Shown: positions 25,603-37,243 of the stretch, in pieces
Layout: every line of letters starts with the position of its first letter
How positions within the stretch are numbered: position 1 is the stretch's first letter
Translations under genes and position numbers: made by a program
Source: Octopus vulgaris
Lineage: Eukaryota
Reading direction: 5' to 3'
Length of the DNA: 64,000 nt
NCBI GenBank assembly: GCA_951406725.2
Contig: OX597825.1
Coordinates: 31,186,001 to 31,250,000 of the forward strand
Notes under the pieces: generated by a model
What the model saw: the letters and a program-made list of their open reading frames with translations, nothing else
Databases searched by the model: none
Told to the model about the DNA's origin: nothing

Positions 25603-26830
25603 ATGGCTAAATCGAACCAACATGCCATTGACTTCCTGCCTCCATCAAAGCTAGAGGTGAGGGAAGCTGAAAACAAAGTCATTCTGCTTGAAAGTGCATA
25701 TGCTTTAGAAGATACAAACAAAGACATAAAGACGTTTACTACTATAAACACTGCCACCACCACTACCGCCATCATCACCACAACCAACAGGAACACTCAA
25801 AACAATTTTGCCACAGCTTTAAAGCTGAAGAAAAGAATCATGTCCTTTTCAAAGGAAGAACTGCTTGCTTGCAAGGCAATGTTTAAAAAAGACGAACACA
25901 CCATACAACTATAGACACCACAAAAAAATCACAGAAGAAATTTAAAAAAAAAACTATTATTCACAAGATACTCAACCTAAACACAAAAAAATATACGAAA
26001 CTGCCACCCAAGAAACAGTAGAAAAATGTTTGAGGCCCATATGGGCTTTTAAAGACTACATCATGAAGGGAAAAAAATTTGCCACAAAGTTAGATTCAAC
26101 AGTGAAGAATGAGCCAAGGACCGCTCTACAAAGTCCTTTGAATGCAACAACTTAATGATGATCCCTACATACCTTGGTCGTAGGGTCACAAAAATAAAAA
26201 TAAAAAAGTGCCTCCTGAGATAAAAATAAAATGGCTTGTATCTGCCATTTGTTGCGATATCGAGAAGAAAATCCATATCTTGCTGTCCTGGACCAGCAAA
26301 ATTGGATTGGTCAAGGAGTGGAAATCCTTGCTCACATTGATCCAATCAACTTTGAAAAACTTCCACATCAAATCAAACTGACAGATGATTCAAATTTGCA
26401 TGTGGCTGTCGAAGGCAGAAAACCAAGTTGCTACGTTTGAGGTAGCAAATCACACCTGAAAACCAGTTGCCCACTAGCACAGGAACAACAACAGCAACAA
26501 CAATGACAACAACAACAACCACAAGAAAACCAAAAAAAAAGACAGCACTGCTACCCACACTGCCATATGCTCAACTAATTAAACAGCTCTACAAACAAAT
26601 GAAGGAACATCAGCAACCAACAAGGCAGCCCAACCAAACAATGCCACCACCAGTGTCACCAAGAACAGAAATAACACCATCACCACTACCATCAACGACA
26701 ACTCCAAAGGAAGAAGAGAAAACCAAAAAGACTCATACCCAACCCCCCAAAATCCATACATCACATCCCAACTGTCACCAACCAGCACCAACACCAACAA
26801 CAAAATCAACACACTCTCGTGCTAGCAAGG
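25603..26830 (+). pseudogene. Decayed gag-like ORF1 of a non-LTR retrotransposon (L1/Tx1-like) with CCHC knuckle
   Basis: Frameshifted pieces MIPTYLGRRVTKIKI-KKVPPEIKIKWLVSAI and VAVEGRKPS-C-YV-*-GSKS-H-LKTS-C-P (26429-26470; second Cys is TGA), followed by a P/T-rich tail. Clade assignment is inference. Confidence 0.65.
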
Positions 26831-26859
26831 AGAGCAGATGTAAACCAATGCTGCTGCTG

Positions 26860-26892
26860 CTGGTGATGATGAGGATAATGATGACAATGATA

Positions 26893-26931
<39 letters not shown>

Positions 26932-27002
26932 GTGATGATGGTGATGATGGTGATGTCAATGATGATGATGATGATGATTACAATGATGATGTGATGACAA
27001 CA

Positions 27003-27057
<55 letters not shown>

Positions 27058-27060
27058 CAG
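26860..27060. repeat. (GAT)n microsatellite
   Basis: Directly visible. Confidence 0.97.
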
Positions 27061-27313
27061 TAGAGAGAATATTTTGCTCTTTTAAATTATATGTTTGAAC
27101 AAGAAAATTTTACTTAGAGTAATAATGCAATTATTGACAAATATTAATGAAGCCACAAAAATTAATGTAATTTAATTGAAGAACATTTAGCGAAAAATAG
27201 TTTAATTTCAATATTCAGTATTATACTCTACTTAAGTAAGACAAACAACAATTTGCTTATATCATCCTGAGACTTGGTATGATGGGTACACAAAAATACT
27301 TATCATGAAAGAT

Positions 27314-27565
27314 TTAACTCTTTTGATACCAATCCACTTGAGACTATCCCTCCTGATTTTATGATACAACTGTCTTTTCTCAAAGTAATCTAAATTCAAC
27401 TTTCCATCAAAATTTTCTGTAAATTTATGTTCCAAATACCAACTTAATGATGATAAGATTAATTTTCTAAATTATTTTTCTTAATTATTTTTCTTCATTA
27501 TTTTAATAATTAATGGAAAGAAAGGAAGTGTATTTCAAAAGAAATATGATAAAAATAAGGGTTAA
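27314..27565. mobile_element. piggyBac-type MITE family A
   Basis: TTAACTCTTTTGATACC ... AAGGGTTAA; body similar to 551-775. Confidence 0.75.
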
Positions 27566-27574
27566 TTGAGAATT

Positions 27575-28140
27575 GATGACAGCATCTCTGTACATAGCTC
27601 GCAAACCTTTCATAAGCCATTCTTCCACACCCAGCTTTTTAAGTAAACATCAGACTGCAGAGCATGGCACAATGTCAAAGACATTCCCAAGACAAATAAT
27701 AGATACAGGGTTATGCTCTTAATTACTAACATCTGATGTAGTTATCTCCCTTGAGTATATGCTCCAATATGTACAACCGCCAAGCAACTCTTCCTGTTAC
27801 CTTTATAATCTTGCCTGTCAGTTTGTTACCAACATACAGATTCTTTTTTCTTGAGATATGCTCTTGAGGCAATGGGCAATAATACTGCTATGCCAAACAC
27901 TGTGTATGAAACCTTCCTGAACTACCTGATTCATGACACAAGGGATGAATGTGTCCCCTGCTTGAGCATACTAGTGAATCTATCTGGCACTCCAACTGTT
28001 TTAACTGCCTTCATTTCTTCATTACTCTTTTGACTATAAAGCTATGAACTTCAACAGTTGGACCCTTGCATGACATTTACAAAAGGTATTTGTTCTAACA
28101 CAGTGCCTTTACAATATGGAATGTCCCACACCACTGATCC
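27575..28140 (-). pseudogene. Decayed RTE reverse-transcriptase fragment
   Basis: Minus strand: MKAVKTVGV...NQVVQEGFIHSVWHSSII... and GNVFDIVP...LKKLGVEEWLMKGLRAMYRDAV (cf. RTE EKAFDRVP...LGVDEWL...MY). Confidence 0.75.
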
Positions 28141-28232
28141 TCTCATTACTGAATATAGTTAAACCTCAACATACAGTATCTTTCCTCTCTTTATATATCT
28201 GGCATGTACCCTTCCTTTGTAACAAACAGATG

Positions 28233-28336
<104 letters not shown>

Positions 28337-29039
28337 ACGAACAAGTGTGATACAACTGATCATGATAAAAAGAGTTGGTCAGCCTCCAGCATAGAAAAGG
28401 CTAGTATAGATAGCACAAATGAAATGATAATCAATCTCTAAAGATTATTAATTACTGTATCCAATACACTTCATCCAATTCTATATTAAACAGAAATTCC
28501 AATAAGATATCAACTACTATACAACTCCAGTATGAAGAGATAAAGGTTGCTTATTATGTGATAATTAAGTTTGTGAATGAAAGGAGTGGAATAGGTGGTT
28601 ACATACTACATGTATTTCGAAAGGCACACCAGATTCATATTATGTAACTTTAACGTGTTACATAATTAGTCAGTGTTCTTTGTGATCGGGTACTTGCTAC
28701 TTGTCACTCAGAAATCCTTAGTAGTAATAAAGTCGCCACAAAATATGCATTCAGTGCACTTTTTGAAACATGTGTAGCACAATATCAATTCCATTCTTTT
28801 CATCCACAGACTGACTCTACATTTATATGACAGGCAAACACATACTTCTCTGGTTCAGAATTCACTTCCCAACACAACTTACAGATTCACTTCTCCTGCA
28901 TATCATCTGTGGTAAGCTCAGGATACTATAGCTCTAGGATAACTAATGTCTTGTAAGTTGATTTGATAGAATGAAACAGAAAGAAGCCATGTGTGTGTGT
29001 GTTCGTGTATGTGTGTGCGTGTGTGTGAGTATAGCCACT

Positions 29040-29206
29040 ACAAACATTTTTTTTCTCTCCTTGTTTCTTTCTGTGTTCTTTTCTGTGGATGAGTGTAGGC
29101 TCAAAATGTAAAAGACTTTTTCAATTCCTGAGCGTTATACTAATACATCTGTTTGTTTTCTACACCACCTGTCTTCAGCTTTTGTTTTTTTTTTGTGAAT
29201 TCTCCC
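29040..29206 (+). mobile_element. Short element ending in (TA)n, putative Penelope-like terminal repeat
   Basis: GGATGA-GTGTAGGCTC-AAAA-TG-TA decayed hammerhead-like layout, then a pyrimidine-rich tail into (TA)n. Confidence 0.4.
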
Positions 29207-29259
29207 TATATATATATATGTGTGTGTGTATGTATATATATGTATATGTATATATATAT

Positions 29260-29640
29260 ACACAAAATGGGACAAGAACACAAAACATCCAGACAGTTAG
29301 ATGATACAAGAGACAACAAAACATCCAGATAGACGATACAAAGAAAACAAGGATGGGTCATTCAGAGTTTTCTTTCCTCAGTCGAGTTCCAGATTATTTT
29401 TGCAATTTCGGCTGGTTATACTTGAGATTGCTCCAATCTGGCCAGCCCCAAGGAAAAACTAAACTAAGAGCACTAGATTCCTTGGAAGAAAGTAGCAAAT
29501 GTATATGGAAACAAGGACGGAAAAAAAAAACGGAGAATGTTACACAAATACAAATAACAGGACATAACAACAGGTGTCTTCCAACTAAGGACGAATTAAA
29601 TTAAGTTCGTGTGTGTAGAAGTAAAGCCTTACGGCAGGGA
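29260..29640 (-). mobile_element. TA-embedded short element carrying a highly structured 73-nt motif
   Basis: Bounded by (TA)n on both sides; internal direct repeat CAAAACATCCAGA; four complementary helices at 29375-29447. Confidence 0.55.
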
Positions 29641-30149
29641 TATATATATATATATATGAACACACACACACATCTGGCAGGTGTCTTTCAGTTTCCTTCT
29701 ACCAAATCAACTTACCTTAGATAATATATATACACATATGTATGTGTGTGAGTGTTTGTATGTTTCTGTCTCCTTGAGTTGAAAGGGTGTGATATTTGTA
29801 AGTGTGTGTCACAGACACAGAAGGAGAGGCATTCATTTCCAGTATTTTGCAAAAACAAATCTGGCCATGAGAAAATATTTCCCTAGCTTGGAAAGAGGTC
29901 AGGGTAGGCAACAGGAAGAGCACACAGCTGTAGAAAATTTGCCTCAATGAATTTCATCTGATCCATGAAAGCACAGAAGAGTAGACATTAAAATGATGGT
30001 AATGATGGTGTGTGTGTGTGTGTGTGTGAATTATTATTATTATTATCAAAAATATGATTGCACTTCAGTTTTATGATCTTTATGTAAGATCTTTCATATT
30101 TCATTATTTATATTTTATCTTTCATATAGTCTCATCGAGACAGTGCAAC

Positions 30150-30208
30150 TGTGTGTGTGTCTGTATATATACATATATATATACACACACACACACATAT
30201 ATATACAC

Positions 30209-30266
<58 letters not shown>

Positions 30267-30294
30267 ATATATGTACATATATAGTATACATAGT

Positions 30295-30331
<37 letters not shown>

Positions 30332-30587
30332 TGCATGTGTATATATATGCATATATATACATACACACACTCACACATGTATACATATGAATATTAATGT
30401 GTGTGTATATATATAAATATATAGACACATACATGTATGCTTGTGTACATATATACATGTGTGTGCATGTATATATATTTGTATGTATTTATATATATAT
30501 CAAGATATAGATGTGTACATATGTATGTATATACATACATACACACACATATGCCATATATATATATACATATATATATACATGCAC

Positions 30588-30619
<32 letters not shown>

Positions 30620-30626
30620 GTATATA

Positions 30627-30675
<49 letters not shown>
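30150..30675. repeat. (TA)/(CA)/(TG) compound microsatellite field
   Basis: Directly visible. Confidence 0.95.
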
Positions 30676-30677
<2 letters not shown>

Positions 30678-31202
30678 TATTTTATTTTATGGTTTCCCTG
30701 ACCAAACAAAACATCTTATGTTTATATCTACATTGAACATCAAAAGAAATATATTGATTGAAAGTTTTGAAATAAAGGTGGATAACGATGACGACGATGA
30801 TGATGATTATGGTAATGCTAATCACAGTGGTGATTATTGTCGTTATCGTGGTAGAGATGATGATGATGATGTTCGTTGTGAAGGTAGTGGAATTAATAAA
30901 GGAGGCAGTGATTGTCGAAATGATAACATTTATGATGATGGTGATTACAATGCTAATGACGGTAATATTATCAAAGTGGTCTATACTTTCATTCTTTTGC
31001 TGGTTGTAGTAAAGGGATCGCAGCAATGTTGGAGCGCCCCTTTCAAGGGTTTTAGGCAATCATATAATTCTCCTCCCCTATCAAGAAATTTCATTTTTCC
31101 AATCTCTAGTTATTGAATTTCTGGGTCACATTTTTCAACAGAATGGAACTGTAACACACTGGATTACACTTGTAACCACACACTCATACAGACACACACA
31201 TA

Positions 31203-31243
<41 letters not shown>

Positions 31244-31261
31244 ATGAAGGTATGTAGTCAA

Positions 31262-31495
31262 AAGGCGGCAAGCAGGCAGAATCGTTAGCACGTTGGGTGA
31301 AATGCTTAGCGGTATTTCGGCTGCCGTTACATTGTGAGTTCAAATTCCGCCGAGGTCGACTTTGCCTTTCATCCTTTCGGGGTCGATAAATTAAGTACCA
31401 GTTACACACTGGGGTCGATGTAATCGACTTAATACTCATGTCTGTCCATGTTTGTCCCCTGTATGTTTAGCCCCCTGTGGGTAATAAAGAAATAG
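31262..31495 (+). mobile_element. tRNA-derived SINE family B (Meta/MESC-like central domain)
   Basis: AAGGCGGCAAGCAGGCAGAATCG...GAGTTCAAATTCC (B box)...GCCTTTCATCCTTTCGGGGTCGATAAATTAAGTACCAG...TAAAGAAATA. Domain name is inference. Confidence 0.85.
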
Positions 31496-31499
31496 ATAT

Positions 31500-31710
31500 G
31501 TAGTCAAGTGGGTACGGTCCTCCAGTCAGTACAAGGTCATGGTTTCAATTCCCAGCCCAGGCAGTGCACTGTTTTCTTGAGCAAGGCACTTCATTTCGTA
31601 TTGCTTAATTTCATTCAGCTGAAAATGAATAGCCAGCAACGTCAGAGGATGAATCCTATGATTTGACTGATGTCCCCTTTGAAGGGAGAGAGTTGTAATC
31701 TCATTTGCAT
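31500..31710 (+). mobile_element. Diverged SINE of the D/E type
   Basis: GGTTTCAATTCCC B box; TTCTTGAGCAAGGCACTTCATTTC. Confidence 0.6.
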
Positions 31711-31751
31711 ATATATATACACACAAACATCATATATGCATATATAGAGAA

Positions 31752-32470
31752 AGAGTGAAAGGCAAATTGTATGATGCCTGTGTGCAAACAGTCACATTAC
31801 ATGGCAGTGAAACATGGACAGTAACTGCAGAGGACATGCGAAAGCCTGAAAGAAATGAAGCTAATATGCTTCACTGGATGTGCAATGTCAGTGTGCATGG
31901 ATGACAGACAGTAAGCATCTTGAGAGAAGAATTAGGCCTAAGAGGCATCAGATGTGATGTGCAAGAGAGAAGACTGCATTGGTATGGTCATGTGGTGCAT
32001 ATGGATGCAAACAGCTGCATAAAGAAGTGCTGATCCCAAACTGTGGCAGGAACTTGTGGAAGAGGTAGACCCAGGAAGACATGGGATGAGGTGGTGAAAT
32101 AATGATTTTCAGATGTTGAGTTTCATGGAGGTGATGACAAGTAATCAAGACCTTTTAGTGATTTGCTGTGCTTGAGAAAACCTGTCTAACCAGGTATCTG
32201 GGTCAGTGGTAGCCACGGCCAATGCCAGTCACACATAATAGGTACCTGGGTCAGTAATATGTAAAAGGCTCATGTGCTGGTGACACATAAAAGGCACCCA
32301 CTACTCCCTGTATGCTAAGATGGGCATCCAGTTGTAGAAACTATGCGAAATCAACTGGAATCAGTAAGCCAGAGAACTGCACCAGGTTCCAGTTGATTTT
32401 GCATAGTTTCTACAATCTGTCTAACCAAACCTAACATGGAAAACGGATGCTAAATGATGACGATGATGGT
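31752..32470 (+). mobile_element. 5'-truncated RTE LINE: ORF C-terminus plus 3' UTR
   Basis: RVKGKLYDACV...LHGSETW...ERRLHWYGHVVHM...GRGRPRKTWDEVV, followed by GGGCATCCAG and an (ATG)n tail. Links the (ATG)n-tail repeats to RTE. Confidence 0.9.
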
Positions 32471-32642
32471 GACATATATACCACGGAAAAAGAGACAAGC
32501 TCCAACTTAATGAGCCAACTAAATTCTTGGCAGACTTCTGACCTAATAGACCCCTTTACTTGCTTTAGTTATTGAAGTGTGGCCATGCTGGGGCACCAAC
32601 TTGACAAGTTTAGTTGACCAACTTGATCCCAGCTGTGTTTCT

Positions 32643-33051
32643 TATTTCTTTACTGCCCACAAGGGGCTACACACAGAGGGGACAAACAAGGACAGACAAA
32701 CGGATTAAGTCAATTATATTGACCCCAGTGCATAACTGGTACTTATTTAATTGACCCCAAAAGGATTAAAGGCATAGTCGACCTCGGCGGAATTTGAACT
32801 CAGAACGTAGCGGCAGACAAAATACCTATTTCTTTATTGCCCACAAGGGGCTAAACACAGAGAGGACAAACAAGGGCAGACAAACGGATTAAGTCGATTA
32901 TATCAACCCCAGTGCGTAACTGGTACTTATTTAATCGACCCTGAAAGGATGAAAGGCAAAGTCGACCTCAGTGGAATTTGAACTCAGAACGTAGCGGCAG
33001 ATGAAATACCACTAAGCATTTCGCCCGGTGTGCTAAAGTTTCTGCCAGCTC
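32643..33051 (-). mobile_element. SINE B partial tandem dimer inserted in a SINE A (about 32555-33175), 18-bp TSD
   Basis: GATCCCAGCT(G/C)TGTTTCT at 32625-32642 and 33052-33069. Confidence 0.88.
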
Positions 33052-33179
33052 GATCCCAGCTCTGTTTCTGTCAGCCAAGTTCCTTTCACAGAGTGTTGGT
33101 CAACTTGAGGCAAGAGCGAAATACATCCAAGGTGCTGTGCATTGGGATTAAACCAAGAACCATGTGATTGTCACACACC

Positions 33180-33760
33180 TAGTGATGATGAAGATGATAG
33201 TGATGATGACGATGATGATGATCATCATAATCATCAGTCATCATCAATCATCAACAATCATCATCATAATAATAATGATAGTGGTGATGTTGTTGCTGCT
33301 GCTGATGATGATGAGAAAGTCAACACTGATCATTATAACATTGGGATATATATAAAAATTTTGATGGGGTTGATAATGAAAATTAGGAATGGTGTAACAG
33401 TAGTGGTGGCAGTAGTGGTGGTAGCGGTAGCAGCAGTTGTGGTGGTTGTGGTGGTGGCGGCGGTGGTTGTGGTGGTTGTGGTGGTGGTGGTGGTGGCGGT
33501 GGTTGTGGTGGTTGTGGTTGTGGTGGTGGTGGTGGTGGTGGTGGTGGTGGCAGTGATTATGGTGTTTAATCCAGGTCAGTCCTGGTCAGTGCTGATAACG
33601 CATATGATAATATTTGTAAAAAGCAGATGATGATGACAATGATAATGAGAATGATGATGACGGTGATAGCAATAAAGATGATGACGGTGATGACAACAAC
33701 GACGGTGGTGATGATGATGACGATGATGATGATGATGATGATGATAACAATGATGAACAA
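33180..33760. repeat. (GAT)n/(GGT)n low-complexity tract
   Basis: Directly visible. Confidence 0.9.
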
Positions 33761-34124
33761 TTTCAGTAAGGATAACGATGTTGGTGGTGCGATCAAGAGT
33801 GGTGGGTGTTTGGCAGAGAATGTCTTGTAGGTGGTGGTGATATTGGCAGAGACGGGGGGGGGGGCGCTTTTATTGGTGATACTGACAGAATATATGCTAG
33901 AATTAGTAGGAATAAATAAATATTTAAATAAATAAATAAATAAGCAGTGAAACAGCAGCAAGACAATAATTATTAAAGTCTGGAATAATGAGATAAAATA
34001 AAATATAATTAAAAATGACAACTAAAAGACTCTCCATACTTATTGGAATCAGAGAGGAAAAGAGAGGATGTAGTTGAGAGCATGGAAGGCGAGGAACTTG
34101 TCTTTAGATACCACTTGCTTATAT

Positions 34125-34357
34125 TTAACTGTTTTGATACCAATCTGCCTGAAATTGCTCCTGGTTCTCTGATATAAGCTTCCTGTTTTAGAGCGATCAA
34201 AATTAAAACCTGCCATTAAAATTTTATATTAATTTATGTTCCAAACACTAGCTTGATAATGACAGTTATTTTTATTTTACTAAATTTTTCATTATTTTCA
34301 AAATTAATTAAAATAAGGTAATGTGTTTCAATAGAAATATGGTAAGGAAAAGGTTAA
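34125..34357. mobile_element. piggyBac-type MITE family A
   Basis: TTAACTGTTTTGATACC ... AAAAGGTTAA. Confidence 0.75.
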
Positions 34358-34799
34358 AGAGGAAATCTGGGATGCTGAGTTTGTAATTTTAGAATCTCTG
34401 AGAGGCATATGGGCCACAGATATAATTTTTCCAAAATTTTGGCACAAGGCCAGCAATTTGAAGGGAGGGGGGTCAAGTTGATTACATCAAGCTCAATACT
34501 TGGTTGGCACTCATTTTGTGTATTTTGAAAGGATGGAAGGTAAAGTTTGACCTCAGCAGAATGCACAATGATTACATCTGAAAGTGTCCTAAGGACAGAA
34601 AATGATAAGAAATCCTACAACCGAAAACCCAGCATATTACTGATATTTGATTTATCAGTCTCTCTGATGAGAAATGAAATCAGAACACAAAGTGGCACAG
34701 CAAAGTAATAATAATAATAATATTAATAATAAAAATAAGAAGAAGAAGAAGAAGAAGAAGAAGAGTAATAATAATGATGATGGTGATGATGATGATGAT

Positions 34800-35020
34800 G
34801 ATCCTTTCTGCTATGGTACAAGATCTGGAATTTCAGGAGAGGAAGGTAGGGATAGTTGTTTCCGTCAACCCCAGGGCACAAATGGTACTCATTCCATCAA
34901 CCATGAATGGTTGAGAGACAAAGTCAACATCAGCAGAATTTGAACTCAGAACATAAATGGCTGGAAGAAACGAAGGTAAGTATTTTGTCCCGTGTGCTAA
35001 CGATTCTACCAACTCACAGC
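34800..35020 (-). mobile_element. SINE B, diverged (further fragments at about 34420-34562 and 35170-35250)
   Basis: AAAGTCAACATCAGCAGAATTTGAACTCAGAAC...GTGCTAACGATTCTACCAACTC. Confidence 0.7.
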
Positions 35021-35871
35021 AGCAGAGACGAGGAGGGGGGAGAGGAGATGAGGAGGATACGAGAGTGGGGAGGGGATGGGGGGAGGAGGAGACAAGAGGA
35101 GTGGGGAGGGGGAGGGGGAGACGAGGTGAGGGGGGAGGGGGAGGAGGAGATGATGAGGAGGAGGAGGACAGTACTTTATTTTATCAATTCCCAAAGATGA
35201 ATGACTAAGTTGACCTTGAGAAATTTGATTTCAGAACGGAAAATGGTAAAAGCAGGAACGAAGACCAGAATGCATTATAACATGACACTCACACCTATGG
35301 AAGCTGCTTCAGTTCAACTAGTTGTGGGTAAACTAGTACTAGAACATCTAAAGTTTTTACCGAAAACAGACTGGCAAATTCCCCAAGGGATGTGTTTCAC
35401 CATGAAACCAGACATCCCCATTTTATATAACCAGTTCTTCTGGGAATGATAACAAAAGATTATACTTTGTGAGAGATTTATCTTTTATTCATTTAGCACC
35501 GTGAAACAAGAGCTCAGCATTGACCCCTAAGAGAGTCTCATGTGTGAGTGAGAAGAAGGAAAGGTTCTACTTGTAAATGCAACATTGCTGTTAACTTGAG
35601 AATTTAATTAGTAGAATCATTAGAGTAGAGGACCTTGATAACTGATATTTATTCTATTTCCCTGTATCCCAAGTTCAAATCAGACCAACTTTGCCATTCA
35701 AACTCCTTTTTTCTGTTTTTTTTTTTCCCCCCCCAAAGGTTGACAAAAATGCCATTGGTTGCTTAGAATCAACAACAATTCTTGCACCTTAAATATGCCA
35801 TGGAGCTTGTACCTTGCTTCATGCTTTCAAACAAAAGTTCAAAATTGGTTTTCAAATGAGCAATTATTTCC

Positions 35872-36100
35872 TTAACTCTTTAGCATTTAAATTGATCATA
35901 TCCAGCCAAAATATTCTACCTGTTTTAAGCTCAAACTGGCCAGATCCTGTCTCTGACACATATCCTACAATGTCATTCTAAAAATAAACAGTTACATCAT
36001 CAAAATCTTGAAGCTACACAGCAATGCATGACTTAATTCAAAACAATGTGAATAAATAAGCAATACATTTGACTAAGGAATCTGAATGCAAACAGTTTAA
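35872..36100 (+). mobile_element. piggyBac-type MITE family B
   Basis: TTAACTCTTTAGCATTTAAA ... CTGAATGCAAACAGTTTAA. Confidence 0.8.
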
Positions 36101-36121
36101 GAGACATTGGTATTTTACATC

Positions 36122-36914
36122 TAAACCCTTTTCATATCAACCTACCTAAAACTGTTCCTGGTTCTATGATACAAACTTTCAATTTTTAAATTGATCTAAA
36201 TTAAGACTTTCAATCAAAACTTCATGTTATGCTCCAAACACTTACTCAATAATGACGAAGTTGTTCTATTGGGTTGTCTGGAAAGTTCATGCCGATTTTG
36301 AAAGGAAAGAAAAAGGTCAATAAATACTTGCCATTACATTTTTAATCAACCAAATATGAACAATTTTGTTGCACAATGCATCTCTATCTTTCCTTTAACT
36401 TGAAAATACCCTCTTCCCAGAATTCAGGTGGTTTCATGGCAAAGAATTCATCAAGGTCTCTTTTTACGTCATCCAAGGAATTGAAATTTTTACCATTAAA
36501 ACTATTCTGCAGAGACCTGAATAAGTAGAAATCCGAAGGAGCAATATCTGGTGAATATGGAGGGTGGGGTAACACATCCCAGCTGAGCTGCAGCAATTTT
36601 TGTCTGGTTCCCAAATATCAAGTGCTGAAAATGAACTTTCTTATCTTCCATTTTAAAGGGTTACAGAATTAACACAGGTTATATAGGAACATAAACTTTC
36701 TTCCATGAGAAAATAGCTTAAACTGAGCTCTAAATGGAGGTGTAGTCAAATCCTATTTTATGGACTCAACCATGTTCTAAGATAAGTCGAAAGGTAAGCT
36801 GCTATAAATCAGCACAAAATTTCCGGACAACCTAATATTAAATTCTTCATTTTTTTTCAAAATTGAGTGAAACAAAGACAGAATATTTCCAGAGAAACAC
36901 ATCAAACAGGTTAA
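36122..36914. mobile_element. piggyBac-type MITE family A split by a mariner
   Basis: Left half ends AATGACGAAGTTGTTCTA; right half resumes TTAAATTCTTCAT ... AGGTTAA. Confidence 0.7.
36269..36835 (-). mobile_element. Internally deleted mariner transposon
   Basis: TA|TTGGGTTGTCTGGAAA ... TTTCCGGACAACCTAA|TA; start MEDKKVHFQHLIF (ATG at 36651) joined out of frame to WDVLPHPPYSPDIAPSDFYLFRSLQN. Confidence 0.93.
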
Positions 36915-36994
36915 GTTCACTAGCAGTTAGAGAGAACAAAAAATAAAATATACTATCTGTGATAGAATATGAAATAACAATAAGCCTTTTTTTT

Positions 36995-37243
36995 TTTCAC
37001 CCTTTTTAAAGCCTAGCCAGGCTCATGGGCCCAGTTTCCCGGTTTCTATGGCACACGTGTTCCCCAGCTGGATGGGACGCCAGTCCATCACAGCGTTACT
37101 CATTTTTGCCAGCTGAGTGGATTGGAGCAATGTGAAATGAAGTGTTTTGCTAAAGAACACAACGCGTCGCCGATCCAGGAATCGAAACCACAATCTTACG
37201 ATCATGATGGTGACACCCTAACCACTAAGCCACACGCCTCCAC
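36995..37243 (-). mobile_element. tRNA-derived SINE family E
   Basis: Minus: GGAGGCGTGTGGCTTAGTGG...GGTTTCGATTCC...GATGGACTGGCGTCCCATCCAG; flanking AACAATAAG direct repeat. Confidence 0.85.

Noticed and set aside
28598-28648. Minus-strand GTTACA...GAAA-TACATGTA-GTA-TGTAAC hammerhead-like layout
   Set aside because: The core reads TAATATGA and stem II is unpaired; too decayed to call.
29084-29116. TGGATGA-GTGTAGGCTC-AAAA-TG-TA hammerhead-like layout
   Set aside because: Three core positions deviate and stem I does not pair; kept only as a hint to the element's origin.
34663-34685. CTGATGA-GAAAT-GAAA (also CTGATGA at 38024)
   Set aside because: No stem II, stem III or stem I pairing; chance matches.
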